Assembly (NCBI GenBank): GCA_964016885.1
Contig: OZ024743.1
Coordinates: forward strand, 354,702,001-354,766,000
Length of the DNA stretch: 64,000 nucleotides
Reading direction: 5' to 3'
Source of the DNA: Eledone cirrhosa
Lineage: Eukaryota
Shown here one piece after another: positions 1 to 13,429 of this stretch. Every line of letters starts with the position of its first letter. Position 1 is the first letter of the stretch. Below the pieces are notes generated by a model. It had not been told where the DNA came from. It ran no database searches and saw nothing but the letters and a program-made list of their open reading frames with translations. Made by a program: the position numbers and the translations under genes.

Positions 1-89
1 AGAGATTGAGGTCTTTGTGTTTCTGGTAATGGTGATGCTGATGATTGTCTTCATGCTGGTTGTCATTGGTGGTAGAGATTGAGGTTTTT

Positions 90-400
90 GTGATTCTTGT
101 AATGGTGATGCTGATGATTGTGCTTATGGTGGTTGTTGTTGGTGGTAGAGATTGAGGTTTTTTGTGGTTCTGGTAATGGTGATGCTGATGATTGTGCTCA
201 TGCTGGTTGTTGTTGGTGGTAGAGATTGAGGTTTTTTGTGGTTCTGGTAATGGTGATGCTGATGATTGTGCTTATGGTGGTTGTTGTTGGTGGTAGAGAT
301 TGAGGTTTTTTGTGGTTCTGGTAATGGTGATGCTGATGATTGTGCTCATGCTGGTTGTTGTTGGTGGTAGAGATTGAGGTTTTTGTGATTCTGGTAATGG
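90..400 (+). repeat. Short run of 74-bp variant monomers (T6 tract + GTGGTTCT), 148-bp dimer
   Basis: GGTTTTTTGTGGTTCTGG occurs at ~156, ~230 and ~304. GCTTATGGTGG occurs at ~122 and ~270 (148 bp apart). Confidence 0.8.
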
Positions 401-429
401 TGATGCTGATGATTGTGCTCATGCTGGTT

Positions 430-1230
430 GTTGTTGGTGGTAGAGATTGAGGTTTTTGTGATTCTGGTAATGGTGATGCTGATGAATGTCCTCATGCTGG
501 TTGTTGTTGGTGGTAGAGATTGAGGTTTTTGTGACTCTGGTAATGGTGATGCTGATGATTGTCTTCATGCTGGTTGTCATTGGTGGTAGAGATTGAGGTT
601 TTTGTGATTCTGGTAATGGTGATGCTGATGAATGTCCTCATGCTGGTTGTTGTTGGTGGTAGAGATTGAGGTTTTTGTGATTCTGGTAATGGTGATGCTG
701 ATGAATGTCCTCATGCTGGTTGTTGTTGGTGGTAGAGATTGAGGTTTTTGTGACTCTGGTAATGGTGATGCTGATGATTGTCTTCATGCTGGTTGTCATT
801 GGTGGTAGAGATTGAGGTTTTTGTGATTCTGGTAAAGGTGATGCTGATGAATGTCCTCATGCTGGTTGTTGTTGGTGGTAGAGATTGAGGTTTTTGTGAC
901 TCTGGTAATGGTGATGCAGATGATTGTCTTCATGCTGGTTGTCATTGGTGGTAGAGATTGAGGTTTTTGTGATTCTGGTAATGGTGATGCTGATGAATGT
1001 CCTCATGCTGGCTGTTGTTGGTGGTAGAGATTGAGGATTTTGTGACTCTGGTAATGGTGATGCTGATGATTGTCTTCATGCTGGTTGTCATTGGTGGTAG
1101 AGATTGAGGTTATTGTGATTCTGGTAATGGTGATGCTGATGAATGTCCTCATGCTGGTTGTTGTTGGTGGTAGAGATTGAGGTTTTTGTGACTCTGGTAA
1201 TGGTGATGCTGATGATTGTCCTCATGCTGG
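430..1230 (+). repeat. 146-bp dimeric higher-order repeat (~5 copies)
   Basis: Monomers alternate between GATGAATGTCC (~485, 630, 703, 849, 995, 1141) and GTGACTCTGG...GTCATTGG (~533, 752, 898, 1044, 1190). Confidence 0.85.
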
Positions 1231-4200
1231 TTGTTGTTGGTGGTAGAGATTGAGGTTTTTGTGATTCTGGTAATGATGATGCTGATGAATATCCTCATGC
1301 TGGTTGTTGTTGGTGGTAGAGATTGAGGTTTTTGTGATTCTGGTAATCGTGATGCTGATGATTGTCCTCATGTTGGTTGTTGTTGGTGGTAGAGATTGAG
1401 GTTTTTGTGATTCTGGTAATGGTGATGCTGATGATTGTACTGATGCTGGTTGTTGTTGGTGGTAGAGATTGAGGATTTGTGATTCTGGTAATGGTGATGC
1501 TGATGATTGTCTTCATGCAGGTTGTTGTTGGTGGTAGAGATTGAGGTCTTTGTGATTCTGGTAATGGTGATGCTGATGATTCTCCTCATGCTGGTTGTTG
1601 TTGGTGGTAGAAATTGAGGTTTTTGTGTTTCTGGTAATGGTGATGCTGATGATAGTCTTCATGCTGGTTGTTGTTGGTGGTAGAGATTGAGGTTTTTGTG
1701 ATTCTTGTAATGGTGATGCTGATGATTGTGCTCATGGTGGTTGTTGTTGGTGGTAGAGATTGAGGTTTTTGTGATTCTGGTAGTGGTGATGCTGATGATT
1801 GTCCTCATGCTGGTTGTTGTTGGTGGTAGAGATTGAGGTTTTTGTGATTCTGGTAATGGTGATGCTGATGATTGTCCTCATGTTGGTTGTTGTTTGTGGT
1901 AGAGATTGAGGTCTTTGTGATTCTGGTAATGGTGATGCTGATGATTCTCCTCATGCTGGTTGTTGTTGGTGGTAGAGATTGAGGTTTTTGTGATCCTGGT
2001 AATGGTGATGCTGATGATTGTCCTCATGCTGGTTGTTGTTGGTGGTAGAGATTGAGGTTTTTGTGATTCTGGTAATGGTGATGCTGATGATTGTCCTCAT
2101 GCTGGTTGTTGTTGGTGGTAGAGATTGAGGTTTTTGTGATCCTGGTAATGGTGATGCTGATGATTGTCTCGTGCTGGTTGTTGTTGGTGGTAAAGATTGA
2201 GGTTTTTGTGATCCTGGAAATGGTGATGCTGATGATTGTCCTCATGCTGGTTGTCATTGGTGGTAGAGATTGAGGTTTTTGTGATTCTTGTAAAGGTGAT
2301 GCTGATGATTGTCCTCATGCTGGTTGTTGTTGGTGGTAGAGATTGAGGTTTTTGTGATTCTGGTAATGGTGATGCTGATGATTGTTCTCATGCTGGTTGT
2401 TGTTGGTGGTAGAGATTGAGGTTTTTTGTGGTTCTGGTAATGGTGATGCTGATGATTGTGCACATGGTGGTTGTTGTTGGTGGTAGAGATTGAGGTTTTT
2501 GTGATTCTGGTAATGGTGATGCTGATGATTGTCCTCATGCTGGTTGTTGTTGGTGGTAGAGATTGAGGTTTTTGTGATTCTGGTAATGGTGATTCTGATG
2601 ATTGTGCTGATGCTGGTTGTTGTTGGTGGTAGAGATTGAGGTTTTTGTGATTCTGGTAATGGTGATGCTGATGATTGTGCTCATGCTGGTTGTTGTTGGT
2701 GGTAGAGATTGAGGTTTTTGTGATTCTGGTAATGGTGATTCTGATGATTGTCCTCATGCTGGTTGTTGTTGGTGGTAGAGATTGAGGTTTTTGTGATTCT
2801 GGTAATGGTGATGCTGATGATTGTCCTCATGCTGGTTGTTGTTGGTGGTAGAGATTGAGGTTTTTGTGATCCTGGTAATGGTGATGCTGATGATTGTCCT
2901 CATGCTGGTTGTTGTTGGTGGTAGAGATTGAGGTTTTTGTGATTCTGGTAATGGTGATGCTGATGATTGTCCTCATGCTGGTTGTTGTTGTTGGTAGAGA
3001 TTGAGGTTTTTGTGATCCTGGTAATGGTGATGCTGATGATTGTCCTCATGCTGGTTGTTGTTGGTGGTAGAGATTGAGGTTTTTGTGATCCTGGTAATGG
3101 TGATGCTGATGATTGTGCTGATGCTGGTTGTTGTTGGTGGTAGAGATTGAGGTTTTTGTGATTCTGGTAATGGTGATGCTGATGATTGTCCTCATGCTGG
3201 TTGTTGTTGGTGGTAGAGATTGAGGTTTTTGTGATTCTGGTAATGGTGATGCTGATCATTGTACTGATGCTGGTTGTTGTTGGTGGTAGAGATTGAGGTT
3301 TTTGTGATTCTGGTAATGGTGATGCTGATGATTGTCTTCATGTTGGTTGTTGTTGGTGGTAGAGATTGAGGTTTTTGTGATACTGGTAATGGTGATGCTG
3401 ATGATTGTACTGTTGCTGGTTGTTGTTGGTGGTAGAGATTGAGGTTTTTGTGATACTGGTAATGGTGATGCTGATGATTGTACTCCTGCTGGTTGTTGTT
3501 GGTGGTAGCGATTGAGCTTTTTGTGATTCTGGTAATAGTGATGCTGATGATTGTCCTCATGCTGGTTGTTGTTGGTGGTAGAGATTGAGGTTTTTGTGAT
3601 TCTGGTAATGGTGATGCTGATGATTGTCCTCATGCTGGTTGTTGTTGTTGGTAGAGATTGAGGTTTTTGTGATCCTGGTAATGGTGATGCTGATGATTGT
3701 CCTCATGCTGGTTGTTGTTGGTGGTAGAGATTCAGGTTTTTGTGATCCTGGTAATGGTGATGCTGATGATTGTACTGATGCTGGTTGTTGTTGGTGGTAG
3801 AGATTGAGGTTTTTGTGATTCTGGTAATGGTGATGCTGATGATTGTCTCGTGCTGGTTGTTGTTGGTGGTAAAGATTGAGGTTTTTGTGATCCTGGTAAT
3901 GGTGATGCTGATGATTGTCTTCATGCTGGTTGTTGTTGGTGGTAGAGATTGAAGTTTTTGTGATCCTGGTAATGGTGATGCTGATGATTGTACTGATGCT
4001 GGTTGTTGTTGGTGGTAGAGATTGAGGTTTTTGTGATCATGGTAATGGTGATGCTGATGATTGTCCTCATGCTGGTTGTTGTTGGTGGTAGAGATTGAGG
4101 TTTTTGTTATCCTGGTAATGGTGATGCTGATGATTGCCTTCATGCTGGTTGTTGTTGGTGATAGAGATTGAGGTTTTTGTGATTCTGGTAATGGTGATGC

Positions 4201-5730
4201 TGATGATTGTCTTCATGCTGGTTGTTGTTGGTGGTAGAGAATGAGGTTTTTGTGATTCCGGTAATGGTGATGATGATGATTGTCTTCATGCTGGTTGTTG
4301 TTGGTGGTAGAGATTGAGGTTTTTGTGATACTGGTAATGGTGATGCTGATGATTGTCCTCATGCTGGTTGTTGTTGGTGGTAGAGATTGAGGTTTTTGTG
4401 ATTCTGGTAATGGTGATGCTGATGATTGTCCTCATGCTGGTTGTTGTTGGTGGTAGAGATTGAGGTTTTTGTGATCTTGGTAATGGTGATGCTGATGGTT
4501 GTCCTCGTGCTGGTTGTTGTTGGTGGTAGAGATTGAGGTTTTTGTGATCCTGGTAATGGTGATGCTGATGATTGTCCTCATGCTGGTTGTTGTTGGTGGT
4601 AGAGATTGAGGTTTTTGTGATTCTGGTAATGGTGATGCTGATGATTGTCCTCATGCTGGTTGTTGTTGGTGGTAGAGATTGAGGTTTTTGTGATCCTGGT
4701 AATGTTGATGCTGATGATTGTCCTCATGCTGGTTGCTGTTGGTGGTAGAGATTGAGGTTTTTGTGATTCTGGTAATGGTGATGCTGATGATTGTCCTCAT
4801 GCTGGTTGTTGTTGGTGGTAGAGATTGAGGTTTTTGTGATCCTGGTAATGGTGATGCTGATGATTGTCCTCATGCTGGTTGTTGTTGGTGGTAGAGATTG
4901 AGGTTTTTGTGATTCTGTTAATGGTGATGCTGATGATTGTCTTCATGCTGGTTGTTGTTGGTGGTAGAGATTCAAATTTTTGTGATGCTGGTAATGGTGA
5001 TGCTGATCATTGTACTGATGCTGGTTGTTGTTGGTGGTAGAGATTGAGGTTTTTGTGATACTGGTAATCGTGATGCTGATGATTGTCCTCATGCTGGTTG
5101 TTGTTGGTGGTAGAGATTGAGGTTTTTGTGATTCTGGTAATGGTGATGCTGATGATTGTCTTCATGTTGGTTGTTGTTGGTGGTAGAGATTGAGGTTTTT
5201 GTGATACTGGTAATGGTGATGCTGATGATTGTACTGTTGCTGGTTGTTGTTGGTGGTAGAGATTGAGGTTTTTGTGATACTGGTAATGGTGATGCTGATG
5301 ATTGTACTCCTGCTGGTTGTTGTTGGTGGTAGAGATTGAGGTTTTTGTGATTCTGGTAATGGTGTACTGATGATTGTCCTCATGCTGGTTGTTGTTGGTG
5401 GTAGAGATTGAGGTTTTTGTGATTCTGGTAATAGTGATGCTGATGATTGTACTCCTGCTGGTTGTTGTTGGTGGTAGAGATTGAGGTTTTTGTGATTCTG
5501 GTAATGGTGATGCTGATGATTGTCCTCATGCTGGTTGTTGTTGGTGGTAGAGATTCAGGTTTTTGTGATTCTGGTAATAGTGATGCTGATGATTGTACTC
5601 CTGCTGGTTGTTGTTAGTGGTAGAGATTGAGGTTTTTGTGATTCTGGTAATGGTGATGTTGATGATTGTCTTCATGCTGGTTGTTGTTGGTGGTAGAGAT
5701 TCAGGTTTTTGTGATTCTGGTAATGGTGTT

Positions 5731-8285
5731 GCTGATGATTGTCCTCATGCTGGTTGTTGTTGGTGGTAGAGATTGAGGTTTTTGTGATCCTGGTAATGGT
5801 GATGCTGATGATTGTCCTCATGCTGGTTGTTGTTGGTGGTAGAGATTGAGGTTTTTGTGATCCTGGTAATGGTGATGCTGATGATTGTCCTCATTCTGGT
5901 TGTTGTTGGTGGTAGAGATTGAGGTTTTTGTGATTCTGGTAATGGTGATGCTTATGATTGTCCTCATGCTGGTTGTTGTTGGTGGTAGAGATTGAGGTTT
6001 TTGTGATCCTGGTAATGGTGATGCTGATGATTGTCCTCATGCTAGTTGTTGTTGGTGGTAGAGATTGAGGTTTTTGTGATCCTGGTAATGGTGATGCTGA
6101 TGATTGTCCTCATGATGGTTGTTGTTGGTGGTAGAGATTGAGGTTTTTGTGATCCTGGTAATGGAGATGCTGATGATTGTCCTCATGCTGGTTGTTGTTG
6201 GTGGTAGAGATTGAGGTTTTTGTGATCCTGGTAATGGTGATGCTGATCATTGTACTGAAGCTGGTTTTTGTTGGTGGTAGAGATTGAGGTTTTTGTGATT
6301 CTGGTAATGGTGATGCTGATGATTGTCTTCATGTTGGTTGTTGTTGGTGGTAGAGATTGAGGTTTTTGTGATACTGGTAATGGTGATGCTGATGATTGTA
6401 CTGTTGCTGGTTGTTGTTGGTGGTAGAGATTGAGGTTTTTGTGATACTGGTAATGGTGATGCTGATGATTGTACTCCTGCTGGTTGTTGTTGGTGGTAGA
6501 GATTGGGGTTTTTGTGATTCTGGTAATGGTGTACTGATGATTGTCCTCATGCTGGTTGTTGTTGGTGGTAGCGATTGAGCTTTTTGTGATTCTGGTAATA
6601 GTGATGCTGATGATTGTACTCCTGCTGGTTGTTGTTGGTGGTAGAGATTGAGGTTTTTGTGATTCTGGTAATGGTGATGTTGATGATTGTCTTCAGGCTG
6701 GTTGTTGTTGGTGGTAGAGATTCAGGTTTTTGTGATTCTGGTAATGGTGATGCTGATGATTGTCTTCATGCTGGTTGTTGTTGGTGGTAGAGATTGAGGT
6801 TTTGTGATCCTGGTAATGGTGATGCTGATGATTGTACTGATGCTGGTTGTTGTTGGTGGTAGAGATTGAGGTTTTTGTGATCCTGGTAATGGTGATGCTG
6901 ATGATTGTCTCGTGCTGGTTGTTGTTGGTGGTAAAGATTGAGGTTTTTGTGATCCTGGTAATGGTGATGCTGATGATTGTCCTCATGCTGGTTGTTGTTG
7001 GTGGTAGAGATTGAGGTTTTTGTGATCCTGGTAATGGTGATGCTGATGATTGTCCTCATGCTGGTTGTTGTTGGTGGTAGAGATTGAGGTTTTTGTGATC
7101 CTGGTAATGGTGATGCTGATGATTGTCCTCATTCTGGTTGTTGTTGGTGGTAGAGATTGAGGTTTTTGTGATTCTGGTAATGGTGATGCTTATGATTGTC
7201 CTCATGCTGGTTGTTGTTGGTGGTAGAGATTGAGGTTTTTGTGATCCTGGTAATGGTGATGCTGATGATTGTCCTCATGCTAGTTGTTGTTGGTGGTAGA
7301 GATTGAGGTTTTTGTGATCCTGGTAATGGTGATGCTGATGATTGTCCTCATGATGGTTGTTGTTGGTGGTAGAGATTGAGGTTTTTGTGATCCTGGTAAT
7401 GGAGATGCTGATGATTGTCCTCATGCTGGTTGTTGTTGGTGGTAGAGATTGAGGTTTTTGTGATCCTGGTAATGGTGATGCTGATCATTGTACTGAAGCT
7501 GGTTTTTGTTGGTGGTAGAGATTGAGGTTTTTGTGATTCTGGTAATGGTGATGCTGATGATTGTCTTCATGTTGGTTGTTGTTGGTGGTAGAGATTGAGG
7601 TTTTTGTGATACTGGTAATGGTGATGCTGATGATTGTACTGTTGCTGGTTGTTGTTGGTGGTAGAGATTGAGGTTTTTGTGATACTGGTAATGGTGATGC
7701 TGATGATTGTACTCCTGCTGGTTGTTGTTGGTGGTAGAGATTGGGGTTTTTGTGATTCTGGTAATGGTGTACTGATGATTGTCCTCATGCTGGTTGTTGT
7801 TGGTGGTAGCGATTGAGCTTTTTGTGATTCTGGTAATAGTGATGCTGATGATTGTACTCCTGCTGGTTGTTGTTGGTGGTAGAGATTGAGGTTTTTGTGA
7901 TTCTGGTAATGGTGATGTTGATGATTGTCTTCAGGCTGGTTGTTGTTGGTGGTAGAGATTCAGGTTTTTGTGATTCTGGTAATGGTGATGCTGATGATTG
8001 TCTTCATGCTGGTTGTTGTTGGTGGTAGAGATTGAGGTTTTGTGATCCTGGTAATGGTGATGCTGATGATTGTACTGATGCTGGTTGTTGTTGGTGGTAG
8101 AGATTGAGGTTTTTGTGATCCTGGTAATGGTGATGCTGATGATTGTCTCGTGCTGGTTGTTGTTGGTGGTAAAGATTGAGGTTTTTGTGATCCTGGTAAT
8201 GGTGATGCTGATGATTGTCCTCATGCTGGTTGTTGTTGGTGGTAGAGATTGAGGTTTTTGTGATCCTGGTAATGGTGATGCTGAT
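5731..8285 (+). repeat. Tandem duplication, 1238-bp unit (17 monomers, three of them 72 bp), 2 copies
   Basis: Private markers recur at offset 1238: CATTCTGG 5892/7130, GGAGATGC 6163/7401, TACTGAAGCTGGTTTTTG 6253/7491, GATTGGGG 6501/7739. ORFs 6329/7567 and 6693/7931 share the offset. Confidence 0.92.
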
Positions 8286-11200
8286 AATTGTACTGATGCT
8301 GGTTGTTGTTGGTGGTAGAGATTGAGGTTTTTGTGATCCTGGTAATGGTGATGCTGATGATTGTCCTCATGCTGGTTGTTGTTGGTGGTAGAGATTGAGG
8401 TTTTTGTGATCCTGGTAATGGTGATGCTGATGATTGTCTTCATGCTGGTTGTTGTTGGTGATAGAGATTGAGGTTTTTGTGATTCTGGTAATGGTGATGC
8501 TGATGATTGTCTTCATGCTGATTGTTGTTGGTGGTAGAGAATTAGGTTTTTGTGATTCCGGTAATGGTGATGCTGATGATTGTCTTCATGCTGGTTGTTG
8601 TTGGTGGTAGAGATTGAGGTTTTTGTGATACTGGTAATGGTGATGCTGATGATTGTCCTCATGCTGGTTGTTGTTGGTGGTAGAGATTGAGGTTTTTGTG
8701 ATTCTGGTAATGGTGATGCTGATGATTGTCCTCATGCTGGTTGTTGTTGGTGGTAGAGATTGAGGTTTTTGTGATCTTGGTAATGGTGATGCTGATGGTT
8801 GTCCTCGTGCTGGTTGTTGTTGCTGGTAGAGATTGAGGTTTTTGTGATCCTGGTAATGGTGATGCTGATGATTGTCCTCATGCTGGTTGTTGTTGGTGGT
8901 AGAGATTGAGGTTTTTGTGATTCTGGTAATGGTGATGCTGATGATTGTCCTCATGCTGGTTGTTGTTGGTGGTAGAGATTGAGGTTTTTGTGATCCTGGT
9001 AATGGTGATGCTGATGATTGTCCTCATGCTGGTTGCTGTTGGTGGTAGAGATTGAGGTTTTTGTGATTCTGGTAATGGTGATGCTGATGATTGTCCTCAT
9101 CCTGGTTGTTGTTGGTGGTAGAGATTGAGGTTTTTGTGATCCTGGTAATGGTGATGCTGATGATTGTCCTCATGCTGGTTGTTGTTGGTGGTAGAGATTG
9201 AGGTTTTTGTGATTCTGTTAATGGTGATGCTGATGATTGTCTTCATGCTGGTTGTTGTTGGTGGTAGAGATTCAAATTTTTGTGATGCTGGTAATGGTGA
9301 TGCTGATGATTGTCTTCATGTTGGTTGTTGTTGGTGGTAGAGATTGAGGTTTTTGTGATACTGGTAATGGTGATGCTGATGATTGTACTGTTGCTGGTTG
9401 TTGTTGGTGGTAGAGATTGAGGTTTTTGTGATACTGGTAATGGTGATGCTGATGATTGTACTCCTGCTGGTTGTTGTTTGTGGTAGAGATTGAGGTTTTT
9501 GTGATTCTGGTAATGGTGTACTGATGATTGTCCTCATGCTGGTTGTTGTTGGTGGTAGAGTTTGAGGTTTTTGTGATTCTGGTAATGGTGATGCTGATGA
9601 TTGTCCTCATGCAGGTTGTTGTTGGTGGTAGAGATTCAGGTTTTTGTGATTCTGGTAGTAGTAATGCTGATGATTGTACTCCTGCTGGTTGTTGTTGGTG
9701 GTAGAGATTGAGGTTTTTGTGATTCTGGTAATGGTGATGTTGATGATTGTCTTCATGCTGGTTGTTGTTGGTGGTAGAGATTCAGGTTTTTGTGATTCTG
9801 GTAATGGTGATGCTGATGATTGTCTTCATGCTGGTTGTTGTTGGTGGTAGAGATTGAGGTTTTTGTGATCCTGGTAATGGTGATGCTGATGATTGTACTT
9901 ATGCTGGTTGTTGTTGGTGGTAGAGATTGAGGTTTTTGTGATCCTGGTAATGGTGATGCTGATGATTGTCCTCGTGCTGGTTGTTGTTGGTGGTAAAGAT
10001 TGAGGTTTTTGTGATCCTGGTAATGGTGATGCTGATGATTGTCCTCATGCTGGTTGTTGTTGGTGGTAGAGATTGAGGTTTTTGTGATCCTAGTAATGGT
10101 GATGCTGATGATTGAGCTGATGCTGGTTGTTGTTGGTGGTAGAGATTGAGGTTTTTGTGATCCTGGTAATGGTGATGCTGATGATTGTCCTCATGCTGGT
10201 TGTTGTTGGTGGTAGAGATTGAGGTTTTTGTGATTCTGGTAATGGTGATGCTGATGATTGTACTGATGCTGGTTGTTGTTGGTGGTAGAGATTGAGGTTT
10301 TTGTGATTCTGGTAATGGTGATGCTGATGATTGTACTGATGCTGGTTGTTGTTGGTTGTAGAGATTGAGGTTTTTGTGATTCTGGTAATGGTGATGCTGA
10401 TGATTGTACTGATGCTGGTTGTTGTTGGTGGTAGAGATTGAGGTTTTTGTGATTCCGGTAATGGTAATGCTGATGATTGTACTGATGCTGGTTGTTGTTG
10501 GTGGTAGAGATTGAGATTTTTGTGATTCTGGTAATGGTGATGCTGATGATTGTACTGATGCTGGTTGTTGTTGGTGGTAGAGATTGAGGTTTTTGTGATT
10601 CTGGTAATGGTGATGCTGATGATTGTACTGATGCTGGTTGTTGTTGGTGGTAGAGATTGAGGTTTTTGTGATTCTGGTAATGGTGATGCTGATGATTGTC
10701 CTCATGCTGGTTGTTGTTGGTGGTAGAGATTGAGGTTTTTGTGATTCTGGTAATGGTGATGCTGATGATTGTCCTCATGCTGGTTGTTGGTGGTGGTAGA
10801 GATTGAGGTTTTTGTGATTCTGGTAATGGTGATGCTGATGATTGTCCTCATGCTGGTTGTTTGTTGTGGTAGAGCTTGATTTTTTTGTGATTCTGGTAAT
10901 GGTGATGCTGATGATTGTCCTCATGCTGGTTGTTGTTGGTGGTAGGGATTGAGGTTTTTGTGATCCAGGTAATGGTGATGCTGATGATTGTCCTCATGCT
11001 GGTTGTTGGTGGTGTTAGAGATTGAGGTTTTTGTGATTCTGGTAATGGTGCTGCTGATGATTGTCCTCATGCTGGTTGTTGTTGGTGGTAGAGATTGAGG
11101 CATTTGTGATTCTGGTAATGGTGATGCTGATGATTGTACTGATGCTGGTTGTTGTTGGTGGTAGAGATTGAGGTTTTTGTGATTCTGGTAATGGTGATGC

Positions 11201-13429
11201 TGATGATTGTCTTCATGTTGGTTGTTGTTGGTGGTAGAGATTGAGGTTTTTGTGATACTGGTAATGGTGATGCTGATGATTGTCCTCATGCTGGTTGTTG
11301 TTGGTGGTAGAGATTGAGGTTTTTGTGATACTGGTAATGATGCTGCTGATGATTGTACTGATGCTGGTTGTTGTTGGTGGTAGAGATTGAGGTTTTTGTG
11401 ATTCTGGTAATGGTGATGCTGATGATTGTCTTCATGTTGGTTGTTGTTGGTGGTAGAGATTGAGGTCTTTGTGATACTGGAATGGTGATGCTGATGATTG
11501 TACTGTTGCTGGTTGTTGTTGGTGGTAGAGATTGAGGTTTTTGTGATACTGGTAATGGTGATGCTGATGATTGTACTCCTGCTGGTTGTTGTTGGTGGTA
11601 GAGATTGAGGTTTTTGTGATTCTGGTAATGGTGTACTGATGATTGTCCTCATGCTGGTTGTTGTTGGTGGTAGAGATTGAGCTTTTTGTGATCCTGGTAA
11701 TGGTGATGCTGATGATTGTCCTCATGCTGGTTGTTGTTGGTGGTAGAGATTGAGGTTTTTGTGATCCTGGTAATGGTGATGCTGATGATTGTCCTCATGC
11801 TGGTTGTTGTTGGTGGTAGAGATTGAGGTTTTTGTGATCCTGGTAATGGTGATGCTGATGATTGTCCTCATGCTGGTTGTTGTTGGTGGTAGAGATTGAG
11901 GTTTTTGTGATTCTGGTCATGGTGATGCTGATGATTGTCCTCATGCTGGTTGTTGTTGGTGGTAGAGATTGAGGTTTTTGTGATTCTGGTAATGGTGATG
12001 CTGATGATTGTCCTCATGCTGGTTGTTGTTGGTGGTAGAGATTGCGGTTTTTGTGATACTGGTAATCGTGATGCTGATGATTGTCCTCATGCTGGTTGTT
12101 GTTGGTGGTAGAGATTGAGGTTTTTGTGATGCTGGTAATGGTGATGCTGATGATTGTCCTCATGCTGGTTGTTGTTGGTGGTAGAGATTGAGGTTTTTGT
12201 GATTCTGGCAATGGTGATGCTGATGATTGTCCTCATGCTGGTTGTTGTTGGTGGTAGAGATTGAGGTTTTTGTGATTCCGGTAATGGGGATGCTGATGAT
12301 TGTCTTCATGCTGGTTGTTGTTGGTGGTAGAGATTGAGGTTTTTGTGATACTGGTAATGGTGCTGCTGATGATTGTACTGATGCTGGTTGTTGTTGGTGG
12401 TAGAGATTGAGGTTTTTGTGATTCTGGTAATGGTGATGCTGATGATTGTCTTCATGTTGCTTGTTGTTGGTGGTAGAGATTGAGGTTTTTGTGATACTGG
12501 TAATGGTGATGCTGATGATTGTACTGTTGCTGGTTGTTGTTGGTGGTAGAGACTGAGGTTTTTGTGATACTGGTAATGGTGATGCTGATGATTGTACTCC
12601 TGCTGGTTGTTGTTGGTGGTAGAGATTGAGGTTTTTGTGATTCTGGTAATGGTGTACTGATGATTGTCCTCATGCTAGTTGTTGTTGGTGGTAGAGATTG
12701 AGCTTTTTGTGATTCTGGTAATAGTGATGCTGATGATTGTCCTCATGCTGGTTGTTGTTGGTGGTAGAGATTGAGGTTTTTGTGATTCTGGTAATGGTGA
12801 TGTTGATGATTGTCTTCAGGCTGGTTGTTGTTGGTGGTAGAGATTCAGGTTTTTGTGATTCTGGTAATGGTGATGCTGATGATTGTCTTCATGCTGGTTG
12901 TTGTTGGTGGTAGAGATTGAGGTTTTGTGATCCTGGTAATGGTGATGCTGATGATTGTACTGATGCTGGTTGTTGTTGGTGGTAGAGATTGAGGTTTTTG
13001 TGATCCTGGTAATGGTGATGCTGATGATTGTCCTCGTGCTGGTTGTTGTTGGTGGTAAAGATTGAGGTTTTTGTGATCCTGGTAATGGTGATGCTGATGA
13101 TTGTCCTCATGCTGGTTGTTGTTGGTGGTAGAGATTGAGGTTTTTGTGATCCTGGTAATGGTGATGCTGATGATTGTACTGATGCTGGTTGTTGTTGGTG
13201 GTAGAGATTGAGGTTTTTGTGATCCTGGTAATGGTGATGTTGATGATTGTCCTCATGCTGGTTGTTGTTGGTGATAGAGATTGAGGTTTTTGTGATCCTG
13301 GTAATGGTGATGCTGATGATTGTACTGATGCTGGTTGTTGTTGGTGATAGAGATTGAGGTTTTTGTGATTCTGGTAATGGTGATGCTGATGATTGTCTTC
13401 ATGTTGGTTGTTGTTGGTGGTAGAGAATG

